From Octopus vulgaris (Eukaryota), in contig OX597816.1 of NCBI GenBank assembly GCA_951406725.2, forward strand, positions 65,844,001-65,908,000: a DNA stretch of 64,000 bases, read 5' to 3'. The translations under genes were made by a program, and so were the position numbers. The number at the start of each line of letters is the position of its first letter. Within the stretch, counting starts at the first letter, position 1. Below, piece by piece: positions 50,402 through 63,644 of this stretch. The notes beneath the pieces were generated by a model, which did no database searches, was not told the DNA's origin, and worked only from the letters and a program-made list of their open reading frames with translations.

Positions 50402-53400
50402 TGAAGAAATGTAGATTAGGTTGTTGTTTTTTTTATTAATGTTTTTGAAAATTTAGAATCTTTTTGTGATTTAAGTGATTTAGGTGTTGAATTGAAGTTT
50501 GGTTTTTGAAGGAAAATGTCTACTCCTTCTGTTATGCAGATCCCTACATATGCTTCTGCCATTATGTACTTTGAAATTAGTACCTTTTTATCTGCTATCT
50601 CACTTCAATTCATATGCTTTCTATTTTTTTCTTTTAACATTTTAGGCAAATTATTTTTAATTGAATTTGGTATTTTAACAGCAATCAATAAATCTACCAA
50701 GTATAATTGTTAACTTGTTCAGTAAAGTAATTAGTCTGACCTTATGACACTATAAATTATATGTGGCAGGAATTGCATATATCACTTGCTGTCTAGTAAT
50801 TCAGCTAATTATTTTCTTCATACATCTCTAATGTATTTTGAAATGTTATTTGTAACAAAATTAGGTTATTAGTTAAATATGGAAAATAATCTAAGATTTA
50901 ATTTGATTTTATTTAGGATTTGAAATATTAAATATCATTCACTAACTTCATTTTAAACAATGAACATTTCTTTGAGCCTATATAGCATTCCAGAAGGGAA
51001 AAATCACCAGTCTAGGAATGTTTTGTTATGATATCTAACCAAATATTGGAGTAATAAATCAATACATATGAAAGAAGCTTAATAAGTCGAACCTACTCAT
51101 TTCTGCTTTGGTAAGAGTTGTGTGACAAATTGCTTGTAATAACCAATGAAAAGTGAGTATTCAGCTTTTCATGGCAAAATGCTTATTGCAAGATGTTACC
51201 AAGTATTGTTAAACATGTGATTTCGTTTATTTACTGGTGGCAAAGCACTTTATATTTTGTCAATATCTACTCTCAACTATTACGAAAGTATTACACAATA
51301 AGCACCTCATTAGTATTTCATTCTTCTGTCTATCCTGTTTCCTTTACTTTCTGCCTTGATTTTTTTTATTCCAGTTTTAGGTACCTGTATTAAGAGCAGA
51401 GTTAATATTGTCAATGGATCACATGGACGTAGATATTAGCTCAGTTTTGTCATTCTAGAATCTCTGAAAGTTTCTAACTATTTATTTATAATCTGTTACA
51501 TTTTAATATTAATTATTGCAACTACTTTTCTTAAATATTCCCTAGCTAATAAATTTAATTTTAACACTGAATATTGCTGTTGAAAGATGGCACAGTTTTC
51601 CAGTATTGTAGTCATCAGAATTGCTACATTTCTAATTACTGTAGTTGTCAAACTGAATTATTTACTGCTATAAACTAAATGCTCAGATCTTTCCAAAGGC
51701 TTAATTCAACTTTTAGATAAACACGATTGCAGCATCTACTTGTCTGTATTAGTTGTATCATTCAGCTTAGCTTACATGAATAGGCTCACTGTAATGTAAC
51801 TCTGAATATGGTAATATGTCTCATTTACAGTGTAACTAGTCATGGCAGTGTCATAATATATTAATAAACACCAAATAATTTAATAAGAGAGCACCTACCG
51901 GATAGCAGCAGTCAAGGTTTGAGGTTAACGTCCTGTTATCTGGTCAAATGATTTAGCTTGCAATAGCTGAGTGCACCTACCATGAATTGTTGCTGAATAT
52001 GTTGTTGATGAACCCCAGTTCAATTCTGAATAAGCAAACCCATGATCAAAAACATTCCAGCCATGACCATCCTGTGTTTACAGGAGCATATAAAACTACA
52101 TGATCTAATGTATCCTTTCAATTTTAAAACCAGTAAAGTGTGATTTGAGGGAGATTTGACTGCTCTTTATAACATGTTGAGCTATTATATAGGAGCTTCC
52201 TTGGAGTAACATGGGTAGTAAGTAGCATTAGTGTTAAGTTCTGTTCCTCCTAAAGGAGAAGCTATTTGCTTTAAATCAGTGTCGTTTCTCTATCTAGGAA
52301 AAAAATTATCTTTTTTCTGCTTAATGCTATGGAAAACCAGCAATAGTAGACTGCTCCAGTTGATTCTTGTTATTTGAAAAAGATACAATTTGCTTCAATG
52401 AATAGCAACTATGTAGTCTGTAGTCAAGGTTTTAATGCTTTTTAAAATTCAGTAAAGTTATCACTAGCTGATTGGTATAAAGATTGTAGTCCAACTAATA
52501 TTGATTAATGGCATGTTTTTCCATTCAACTAATGAATTAATTAGTCTAATCACATCTGTCTATTAGTACCTAATACATTATACATCCCTGTATTCAATAT
52601 ACCTACTGTAGTGTCATTAAAGATAGCCTAACTGGTGTAGTACAATTAGTGTTTTAGATATCAACTGCATATCTCCTGTATTATCATTACATGCAATATA
52701 ACTTATGATAGTGTGCTTGCAAGCAGTAGTGTCATTACAGATAGCAAACCTACTATACTGTCATTGGAAGCTGAATATCTGTTTCAATTTAATTGTAGAC
52801 AGCTTATTGACTGCAATGTAATTACTGACAACATCTTATTTGTCATTAGAGGCAATTTACTTGTAATGTCAGTGCAGGTAATATAATATAGCTGTTGTAC
52901 CATTTCTGGCTGTATACTTGTGTTGTCATTACAAGCAGCAACTAAACCAGCTGATGATTTTATGACTTATCTATAATTATTTAAATATTTTTCATGATTT
53001 TTTTTCATAGCACATCAGAAAAACAAAATTGAAACCTAAATAGAGAAGCAGTATTCTATGGTTTTTAAAGCCAGATTTAGTGGATTATGCTCACTTATGA
53101 AACAGTTAATGAAAATTTTAACACTCAAGTGGACTCTGTTTAGTAGTCTGTGGTGTTTGGCTGAATTTCTTGCTTAAGTACACATGATACAAACATGTTC
53201 CTCATATGCTAATAAATTTGCAGTTACTTTCCATCATAGACACTCTACAGAAAAGTTTCTTTTTTTTTTTTTTAGTTTCAGTCATTAGCTAGTGGCCGTG
53301 TTGGAACATAAGCTTCAAGAGTTTTTGTCAATCATATCAATTCTAGTACATCTTTCAGACTGGTATTTATTTTAACAATTTTTACTTGTTAACAGTTAAG

Positions 53401-53902
53401 TTACAAAACACAAAGGACCACAGCATAAACAGCACCGGACTTTAGATTGGCATAAACACAAACATGCATGCACAGAAAGAAATGTTTAAAATATTTAAAG
53501 CAAGTTTTAAAATAACAACAGAACATTTACTAATGGCGTAATTCTATATTGAGAGTAAAATCAACACAAACACCCCTGCATATCTTCACCCTTAAAACAA
53601 TATCCACACTTTTAAAAATTAAGAATACTGGTGGAACATTCCAATAAAAACAGCAACCTAGTGTAAGCTTAACAGGCCAGATACAGTTGTAAGGAAGCAA
53701 AAGTCATGCACTGTTGTAGAGATCAACTGCCTGGCAGATGTGAATATCTCTTCAAGAATTGGCAGAAAAGAGAACATCTGTAGAGAACTGATGAAAAGCC
53801 AACAGCTCTTTTTATTCAGGCTATAGAGTTTCATTTGTTCCTGTTATCATAGGCGCACTGGACTGTATAACAATAGATTTACATAGAAACCTAGAAAGGT
53901 TT

Positions 53903-54193
53903 CATTTTGGGATTTGGTTTGCAAGATTCTTTATATTAGTTCGTGTGTTGAAGCATATTCTGTTGTGTCTGGGGAGAGGCATTTTCTTTTTGTGCCTTAT
54001 AATTTAACACACTCACTGGTAAAATTTCCACTTATTTCTTATTTTTATTTTCCTAAAATTTTCATTGCGTCTTGCAACCTTTTCAATAGTCTTGACTCTC
54101 AAGACTATTGAAAAGGTTGCAAGACGCTATGAAAATTTTAGGAAAATAAAAATAAGAAATAAGTGGAAATTTTATCGGTGAGTGTATTAAATT
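53903..54193. mobile_element. Palindromic insertion (95-bp arms, 3-nt loop) with 11-bp TSD and a hammerhead-like motif; probable Penelope-like element terminus
   Basis: 54001-54095 is the reverse complement of 54099-54193 with 4 mismatches. Direct repeat TAGAAAGGTTT at 53892-53902 and 54194-54204. Confidence 0.75.
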
Positions 54194-55034
54194 TAGAAAG
54201 GTTTAGTTCTCCAAAAAGAAAAGAGCAAATTGATTCACATTCTCTGGATAAAATCAATCAGAGGAACAGTGAATAGTTTGTAAAGCATTTCAGGGATTTT
54301 CCATTTGAGCTTCTTGGATGAACATATGCACTCAATCACATATACATAAGGAATACATATGCACACACATGCACATAAACAGTAATAAAGTATACACATT
54401 TGTATTCTCTTGTGATATGCATACCCTGATACAAGTTTATCCACATGCACACATATATATATACACATCAACCAATACAGGTAATCGCAAACCCTAGAAA
54501 TGTTATGATTTAAACAAAAGAGCTTTGCCACTTTGTTAGTGTCTAGCTTGCTTGAATTCCATAAAGGAAAAAAAAAACTTAAAACAAATCCAAAACAAAC
54601 ATGCATGCATACATACATACATTTCATTCCAATGACTTTGGAACAATAGGTTTAGTGGGTACAAGTGCACTCCTTAAAGTTTAGGTGAAGCAATGGAAAC
54701 ACTTTGAGCATCCCCTTGAAAAACGAATGAGTGCAGAAACATTTTCGGACTGATTTGAAACATTACTTTTCCATTATTGGATTCATTTAATTTGATTGAT
54801 GTACAAATATAATTCTGATAATTATTACATACTACTGTTTGTTTTGATATTAAGATTGAAAAAATCGATCTCGTTTGTAAAAAATTGTGGACCCACTAAA
54901 CAAATCTTGTTCTTGCACTTATGATACATTTACACATGCATGCATACGTGTATGCTTGCTTACATACATGCAAGCATGCATATACGCATGTATACATCCA
55001 TCCATGTATCCAAGCATACATACTTGCATGCATA

Positions 55035-55263
55035 TACTCTTTACTCTTTTACTTGTTTCAGTCATGTGACTGTGGCCATGCTGGAGCACCGCCTTTAGTC
55101 GAGCAAATCGACCCCAGGACTTATTCCTTGTAAGCCTAGTACTTATTTATCAGTCTCTTTTGCCGAACTGCTAAGTTACAGGGATGTAAAGACACCAGCA
55201 TCGGTTGTTAAACGATGTTGGGAGGACAAACACAGACACACAAACATATACACACACATACAT

Positions 55264-55312
<49 letters not shown>

Positions 55313-55485
55313 CATATATACGACGGGCTTCTTTCAGTTTCCGTCTACCAAATCCACCCACAAAGCTTTGGTCGGCCTGAGGCTATAGTAAAAGACACTT
55401 GCTCTAGGTGCCATGCAGTGGGACTGAACCCGGAACCATGTGGCTCGTAAGCAAGCTACTTACCATGTAACCACTCCTACGCCTA
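55035..55485 (-). mobile_element. SINE family A
   Basis: Full-length copy. Confidence 0.85.
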
Positions 55486-55640
55486 TAGAGTCACTATATA
55501 AGTGACTCTTTTACATAGTTTTCAAATTCTTGTAAGGTACTGGTTAACTTGAGGCTATAATTGAAGACATTTACCCAAGGTTTTGTGCTGTGGAATCAAA
55601 CTCAGATCTACATGACCACAAAGCAAACTTCTTAATTACA

Positions 55641-56138
55641 GGTCAGCCTGTAATGATATGCATAAGATCTGGTCATCAAATCTAAGTAGAGATTTCAAAC
55701 TTAAAATCTTCAAAGCCACAGTCGAACCAATTCTACTATATGGCTCGGAAACCTGGACATTATCAAAGAAGCTTGAGAGGTGGTTGGATGGAACTTACAC
55801 TCGCCTCCTTATGAGGGCTCAAAATCTCTCGTGGAAGCGTCATTCAACAAAAGTACAAATATATGGGAAACTACCATCTGTATCATCTCTTGTGAAAGGT
55901 AGAAGAGTCCAGTTTGCTGGACATTGTCATAGAGCTGAAAACGATGTAATTTCTACTCTTCTCCTCTAGAAGCCATCTGCTTGCGATACCGAGGGCGCAC
56001 ACTCTCCTACCCTGATGTAATCTCCAGTGATACAGGTATCCAGCAACAGGACCTCCGTAATGCTATGATGGACCGTGAAGTCTGGCGTAACATAGTAAGT
56101 TCCATTGTCTCGACCACGGTCGATCAATGAATGAAATG
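55641..56138 (+). mobile_element. 5'-truncated RTE-like LINE (C-terminal ORF fragment)
   Basis: KLKIFKATVEPILLYGSETWTL...RRVQFAGHCHR is typical of the region after RT in RTE-like LINEs. Short (AATG)-type tail; AATTACA TSD at 55634-55640 and 56139-56145; inserted in an old SINE head. Confidence 0.85.
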
Positions 56139-59100
56139 AATTACACAGTCAGTATATAAAGAATCAAAAGTAGATATTATAAGGCTTTTATACCTGTTAA
56201 TCCCACATTTATGCCAACACAACTACTAACTACTTTGTTTTGATATTAATTTCTAACATTGGCACAAAGTGATAATGTTGTGGAGAGAGTATAGTCTATC
56301 AAATTTACCCCAGTACTTGACTGGTATGTTCTTTAGGATCTCAGAAAGATAAAATGTGAAGTTGAGCTCAGCAGGATATGAACTCTGATTATAAAGAACC
56401 ATAACTAAATACTTCAAGGCATTTTGTTTAATGCTGTATGATTTCTGCCAACTTAGCAACTTTCTTAATATTAGCAAAATGAAAGATATGTTACAAATCA
56501 ATAATTATGTTAGTTCATTGATTTGTTAGTGTGCTGTTAAAATCGTTAAGCATAACTATAAGTATTACTTTTTGAAGATTTCTGTTGATTTGCCTAAATC
56601 TTGAAGTTGTTTCTAAACAAATGTTAATATTGATAAATGTTATTGATCTACATAATCTTCTTAATATGTTTGATTGAATATAAGAAAATGATGACACTAT
56701 TATTAAGTTATTTGACTATATTACATTTACTCAGGTTGTATATTTATCTAGATCATAGGCTGGCTTACAATAAAGCCTTTAATATAAGACATTTCATGAC
56801 TTCATGCATTCCTTCTTGATTTGTAACTGGAAAATATAATTAATTGTGATTGTGATTGGAAATTTTGTTTATAACATCAAAAGGGTTTTATCCCCATTTT
56901 TATCACCTGCAAGAATGAATTCAAGTTAATTGATACTGTCTGATTGCAAAATAGATTTGATGCCTTCTGCAGAAATTTCATTGAGATAATAAGTCTTCAA
57001 TACACTGAAGTTTCTCTCTTTATTGTGATGATTTTTTTTTGATTTTTTTGGCACGTTGTTTAATAGATGCATGTTCATCATATTAGATTTATATGAAAAT
57101 ATCACTTCCATAGTTTTATATCATCTTGTGTATTGTTAAATCAATTGAATAAAAGATGAAGGCTGTATATTATTGAAACCATGGGATGCGTGTAGACAAT
57201 ACTTTGTAGTTTGAAATGTAAAGTGTGGCATTATTAATAAACACACTTTTAGCTTCAATAAGAAAAGTGATTTCACTTCAGGTTTTATCTCTGTATTTGC
57301 ATAAAAATAGTGGGACAAATCTGACCAGTTTTGGGTCTTGTTACATCTTCATTAGAAATATTACCTATCTTCTATCTACAGAGAGAGATTGGTAGCTAAT
57401 AATTTTTTGTAGTGTATACAAACCAGTTTCTAGTCTTGTATATGAATTAGGATTCAGTTAAACAGGTTAGTCTAATTTACATAACAATATGCTTACAACA
57501 TGGATTAATTCATTCATAATGCAGCACAACATAGCATTTTTAGATAATTTGAAATGTAAATTAAACCCTTATTTAATAAACAGATAATTTTAGCCTCAAT
57601 GTCAGACTTTGATCAAAAAACGATTACTCATGTTCCATCTACTTTGTTTACTTTTCACAACAAGGCTAAAAATTTGTTTTAACTCCTAAAATCTTATACT
57701 GCAATCATCTGCAACTATTACCAAGTTCTGAACAGCATGTGACTGCAATTCAAGAAGTTTTGTTATTTGGGGACCAAAAAACAAAACTACTGTTACATGC
57801 AAGAAAACAAAGTTTAGCTTCATTTCAGAAAGAACTTCCTGTTTATACCATATGCATTTATTTTTTAGTGGTTTATTGAGTGAATTTCTTTGGATTTTTT
57901 AATTTTATTTTTCAAGCATCATGGCAGGTAATTTAGACTGCAGTCATATTATTTATTAATGATTTATTTATCAATAATTTAATTAGACTTGGAGAAAATA
58001 ATCATAGTCATATTACAATGTCACCAGTATACATCAGCCATCTCTGTTATTTTGACTGAAATTTATATCGAGGTTATTGATTCTGAGTAGGACTGGAGTG
58101 GCCGTGTAATGGATCATTGCTTCAATGCTTTCATTAGTGATGGAGGCCTTGCAAAACTTTTGAATTTTGAAGCAAAGCCCATTGAGTATTTTCTTTTACT
58201 CTTTCCTGAAGAAATTTTTGTCAGAACGAATGATGAAACCTTGAGGTAGGGACACACCACCTTCATTACATAAATTGAGGAGTGCTTTTTCTGAGGATAC
58301 TTGTATAGCTTCCTAGTTACAAAGATTACAGGAACACAAATTCAGCTCTGTGACAGGAAATCAACACACAAGAATCAATATCTTGTAAATACATGTGAAG
58401 ACACTTCATATGTGTTCATCTCCCCTGTATTCAACCTACTTGAGCTGGTAACATTTACATGGCAACAATTAAAAATCAATAACAAGACTGTGATTCCAGA
58501 ATTCTTTTCATGAAATTATGACGTTCCCTAGAACCCATATTTTCATTTTTTAAATTTCAGTAAAAGATATATTTTAATGAAAAAATTCTGGAGTACTGTG
58601 ACTCCAGAACTTTTTTCATAAAATTATGATATTCCCTAGAACCTACTTTGAGAAATGTTACTATATAATTCAAAAGGATTTCAGAAAGTAATCCAGGAAG
58701 AGATATTGATTTGGTTAATTTTTTTTTCTTTAATAGTTATACTTAATGTACTTATCGTATGTGATGTATTTATTTCCCAGTATGGTAGAATAAAATAATA
58801 TAAATATAGAATATTCAAGATTACCTGAGAAAAATTTGAACTCAACCAGCATTTTAATTCATTCAATTTTCATGGCTACATCTTTTAGCATTGTAAATCT
58901 GACTTTACTTTTTGAATTTATACATTACAATTGTTCCATTCAAGAAACAAAAACAAACCTTGACTGACCATCCAAGATAAACTCAAAACTTTAGATATGG
59001 CCTTGATTTTAGTGAATTATCTTGACATGCTTGTTTACTTTTGCTTGGATTCAAACTCAAAATTGTAATCTACTTAAGAGCATTTTACTAGCACTCTGTA

Positions 59101-59666
59101 CTACTGACCCACCTTTTTAATAGATTTTAATATATTACTTGGTTAAATATTTGGAAGTAAACAGGCTGCTTGTATTGTAGCCTTTAAAATCAGTATTTAC
59201 ACAATTTTCTTAATAATTAAAAAAAAATTCAGCCAATAGAGAAATGTTTAAAAGTGTTATCTAACATAGGTTGAACAACATAATCTGGAGGTGCTTTCAT
59301 TCTTCTGACATATAATGGTTTTATATTCAGAACAAAGTATAGAAGAGTCAATTATTTTAAATGTTAGTCATTTACTTCCAGATATAATATATAATATCAA
59401 CAGGTGGGCATGGATTGTAATATCTATAGAAAGGGCAAAAGTGTTAATGTAGCTTGCTGCTCTTCAAGGGTTGTTCATTAACTGAGCAGCAGAATATATG
59501 TTTATGTAATAAGTTTCTGTTCATAAAGTTCGTTTCTAATTCTCAGTGTTTAACCAATCTTAAAATTAAAATGCATTTGGTTCTGTTTATAGTATTGACA
59601 TAATTTTTAACAGTCATAAGAGCATTTGCAACATCCCTTCTGCTCTGGAAACATTTTTTCTTCTAG

Positions 59667-59694
59667 ATGTCCTTTCTTTGCAATATAATTGCAG
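59667..59694 (+). CDS. Candidate 28-nt small exon (or recursive AG|GT splice site) in the RIM intron
   Basis: ttttttcttctAG|ATGTCCTTTCTTTGCAATATAATTGCAG|GTAAGG: good acceptor and near-consensus donor. No homology support. Confidence 0.35.
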
Positions 59695-59775
59695 GTAAGG
59701 CTTTGTAAATAGGAAGGAGATATGTTATGGATTTTTAGTTTGTGGGTTTATGGTTCCTCTAGATTTGGGGATAAA

Positions 59776-59989
59776 CCCTTTAGTGTTCAAATTACTCTGA
59801 TAAACGTTAAGATTATTTATATTATTTTGAATTAATCATGTATTATCTCATAGATTTGAAATTTTATGATCTTATTGTCTATATTTGGAATGGCATTGTA
59901 GGTAAGTGTGCAAGGCCAGATCTAGTTAGTTTAAACATAAAACAGGAGGCATATTTGGGCTGGATATGGCTAGTTTAAAAGCTATAGGA
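59776..59989. mobile_element. Degenerate piggyBac-type MITE
   Basis: taaa|CCCTTTAGTG ... GCTATAGGA|ttaa; decayed TIRs and TTAA-like flanks. Confidence 0.4.
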
Positions 59990-60049
59990 TTAAAATAGTT
60001 TTTATTTCTGTGAATCATTCAAGCATTGTCTCTGGCTCTGTCAGCATCT

Positions 60050-61085
60050 AGTTGAACTTCTCTATCAGCACTTTATGTCTCCCTATGACTAGATTCATAA
60101 CCAAAAGCTATGAATTCTGTCACCCCTTGGTGCCTTCCTGCTGTTTGATTTTTTGCAGTATTTGGGTTATTTCTATTGTTATTGGTATCCAAGGTTGTTC
60201 AGGTACTCTGTTTGATGTTTTGAAAATTCTTTTCTTACGTGATTCCTTTGCAGTTCCCAAAATTCTTCCACTTCTCTTACTTTTGATGCAGCATTGACTT
60301 CTATTTAATTTTTACCAAGTTCTTTGAAGAATCATTTTGGGTTGAAGTTAAATTGTTTGTTTTGTTCAAAGAAGCATTAGTATTTTTCATATGGACAGAT
60401 TCTTTGTGATTTAGCAAGGATCTCTTTTTTTAGGCATCGTTTTATTTGCTGCTTTAGGCATTTTGCTACTTTATATTTCTGTAGTATTTGTCTCTCTTTC
60501 CTGTTGTTTAGTACTCTTGTTTTGTTTCTGATTTACTTGGCATTGACAGATCCTTTTTCTTATTCTCTATCTTTTTCTGAATATTTGCCATGGTATTTGT
60601 TTGAGTTTTGATATTCCCATTTTGGTGGATCTGAGGAATAACCAATTTTCTTTTGTGATGGCTGCTGTATATACTATTTTATTTAACCTGGTAACGTTGA
60701 GGTTTGCATGTTATAATTAAGTCTGCTGTAGCCAAATTTATTATTATTTCCATTTCACTTTTCAAATCTCTTGATTTCACTTGCTCTGGCTATTTCTGTA
60801 AGAGAGGACAATAACCTGTTGTCAAAGGTCTCACAGGGTCTCTTTCCACAATACTTAATATCCAAGTACCAATCTCAAAATCTTTACTGTCCCAAATGAA
60901 GCAGTTCTCTTAGCATGTTCTACCTTCATGTCAATTCCAATTTCTCCAACAAATTTCTCAAATATGGTTGTTAATACTCCCAGTGGCCCAACACTTACTG
61001 AGATGACAGTTATGGTTTCAATTGCACATATTCATGCAATCTGTTCTTTTAGTTTATGCCTTCTGGTTTATGCTTGTACCATTTT
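60050..61085 (-). mobile_element. Degenerate R4/Dong-like non-LTR retrotransposon fragments
   Basis: Minus strand remnants KWYKHKPEG, VISVSVGPLGV...KRTASFGTVKILRLVL* and EVEEFW...KAPRGDRIHSFWL. Confidence 0.55.
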
Positions 61086-61130
61086 AATGTCCTTTCAAAA
61101 CCATACAATTTCCAGTGAACAACTTAGCTA

Positions 61131-61385
61131 CATCATCATCATCATCATTTAACATCCGTTTTCCATGCTAGCATGGGTTGGACGGTTCAACCAGGGTCTG
61201 GTAAGCCATGGAGGCTGCACCAGGCTCTAGTCTGATTTGGCAGTGTTTCTACAGCTGGGTGCCCTTCCTAATGCCAACCACTCTGTGAGTGTAGTGGATG
61301 TTTTTTACGTGCCACCGGCACAGGGGCCAGAGCAGGCTGGCAAATGGCCATGATTGGTTGGTGCTTCTACGTGTCACCAACACGG
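61131..61385 (-). mobile_element. Family C copy
   Basis: (CAT)n plus conserved terminus. Confidence 0.8.
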
Positions 61386-61386
61386 A

Positions 61387-61428
<42 letters not shown>

Positions 61429-61429
61429 A

Positions 61430-61850
61430 GAAGGCAGTGAGCTGACAGAATTGTTAGCATGCTGGATGAAATGCTTAGTGGCATTTCGTTTGTCTTTACA
61501 TTCTGAGTTCAAATTCCGTCAAGGTCGACATTGCCTTTCATCCTCTCAGGTTCAATAAATTAAATACCAGTGAAACACTGGGGTCAATGTAATTGACTAG
61601 TCTACTCCACCAAAATTTCAGGCCTTGTGCCTTTAGAAAAAAGGATTACTATTTTTATTATTATTAAGGTGGTGGGTTGGCAGAATCACTAATGTTGAAC
61701 AAAATGTCTTGCAGCATTTAGTTATGGTCTTTTACATTCTGAGATCAAATCCTGCTGAAGTTTACTTTGCCTTTTATTTTTCCAGAGAACTGATGAGATA
61801 AGTACCAGTCGGGTGCAAAGGTCAATTTATTCAATCATACTCCTCTCCTA
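61430..61850 (+). mobile_element. Two tandem older SINE family B copies after (ATT)n
   Basis: Heads at about 61432 and 61666, each with B box and core. Confidence 0.7.
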
Positions 61851-62729
61851 TATTTTTTGCATAAGAAATTGTTATTTGCATTGCTGCAATAGGATGTGTT
61901 CTTTACTTTCAGTATTTTGGATATTTTATGGGTGAAATTATAGAAAACTATATTCTATACATACCTTCAACATAGAGTGGTAAAAAGGTATATTTTGCTT
62001 CATTTCCCAATTTGGGAGGTCAAAGGCTAATTTGTAAAATTAAAAAAATTTCTTCCTCATAATTTGATATGGCTATTCAGTATAGAAATACCTACAAAAA
62101 TACACATAAAAAAACATTCTACAGGACCTCATCATCATAGTTTTAGTGTCTACTTTTCTATGCTTGCATGGGTCAGACAGAGTTTATTGAGGCAGGTATT
62201 CTACAGCCAGATACCCTTCCTGTCACCAACCCTCATCTGTATCACCATTTTTCGGTGTATTTCAAATGGAAAAATGTTCACTTAAAGAGAATAAGAAGTT
62301 GCATAATGCAAAATTTTTACTTTTCAAAAATTCCAATTCTAAAGGGTTGGAACAAACCCAAGCAACACTGGACGATACTGCTAGTAAAGGAAATTCTTAT
62401 TTATTTTGGTGTATTTAAAATAATTCATAAAATTTCTTTCAATATTTTCTCTGTAAGCAATGAACGATTACCTTCATTAAGCTTTAATGTCTACTTAAAT
62501 ATGAAATATGTTTCCCATGTTAGAGGTGTTTCTCTTTATTTTAATATTGTGATACTTAACTAATTTCTCACTTGTAGGTGGGTTCATTTAGTTCATTTTA
62601 ATAAAAGATTAGGTTGTTTCTGTTTCATGAACTCGTTTACACTATTTAATCTCCATTTAGTGGATTAAGAGATGCTAATAATAAGGTTACAGAATATATA
62701 TGTATATATTCTGTCTATCTATCTATCTA

Positions 62730-62776
<47 letters not shown>

Positions 62777-63644
62777 ATGGATGAATGGATGGATGGACGG
62801 ACGGACGGACGGACTGACAGAGAAAGAGAGACACACACACACATTCGCTTATTATTTGATTATTGACTAGTTTCTTAATAGCATTCTGTAAAGTTTTAGC
62901 TGTTTATGTTCCAAATATTTGACCATTTTAAAATATTCCTCTTAGGTCTGATTAGTAAGGAAGCTGGAGATACATTTAATGTATTTTTATAATACATTTA
63001 ATAATAACAATAATAATTTCATTATTTAAATATTTGTCAGAATGTAAATTAAGTGAGAAAGTTTGTCTGAGCTGGATTGGGCTGATTAAAATGGCCTGTT
63101 ACAAAATACTAGTTCACATACTATGAATCTTGTTGCATTTAGTCAGTATTGATTTTTAGAGGGTTAATTTGTCTTAACACAAGAGTGTATGCTCCAGTCT
63201 TTGGGTATTTTCAATTGGGAGAAAGAAAAGGGAAAGAATAATCAGCAGAGAAAATAACTCTTACTTGATGTTGGGGTATAAATATACAAAGATGTTCATT
63301 ATCTCATCTAATTTTTTGAGAAAAATTGAAAGGTATTCACCATATAACATGATAATTGCTATTGTACATCATTTGGCAGGTTGATTTTATGCAGGCAAAC
63401 TTTAGAAATTTGTGTGTGTGTGTATCTCTCTTTATAAGAATGTTTCAAAGGACATAATAGATGAAAGGTACATACTGTGAGTGTTCAGACCAAACCAAGC
63501 GCCTATATTCAAACATTAACTGCAGGGATGCAGGATCTGCAGAAATGTTGGTTGTCTATAGGCAATGTAATGGTCAAGCTAAAGTAGGTATATGAGAACA
63601 AAATATGAACAGTCAGTTGCAAGGCATCAAACAGTTTCAGCTTC

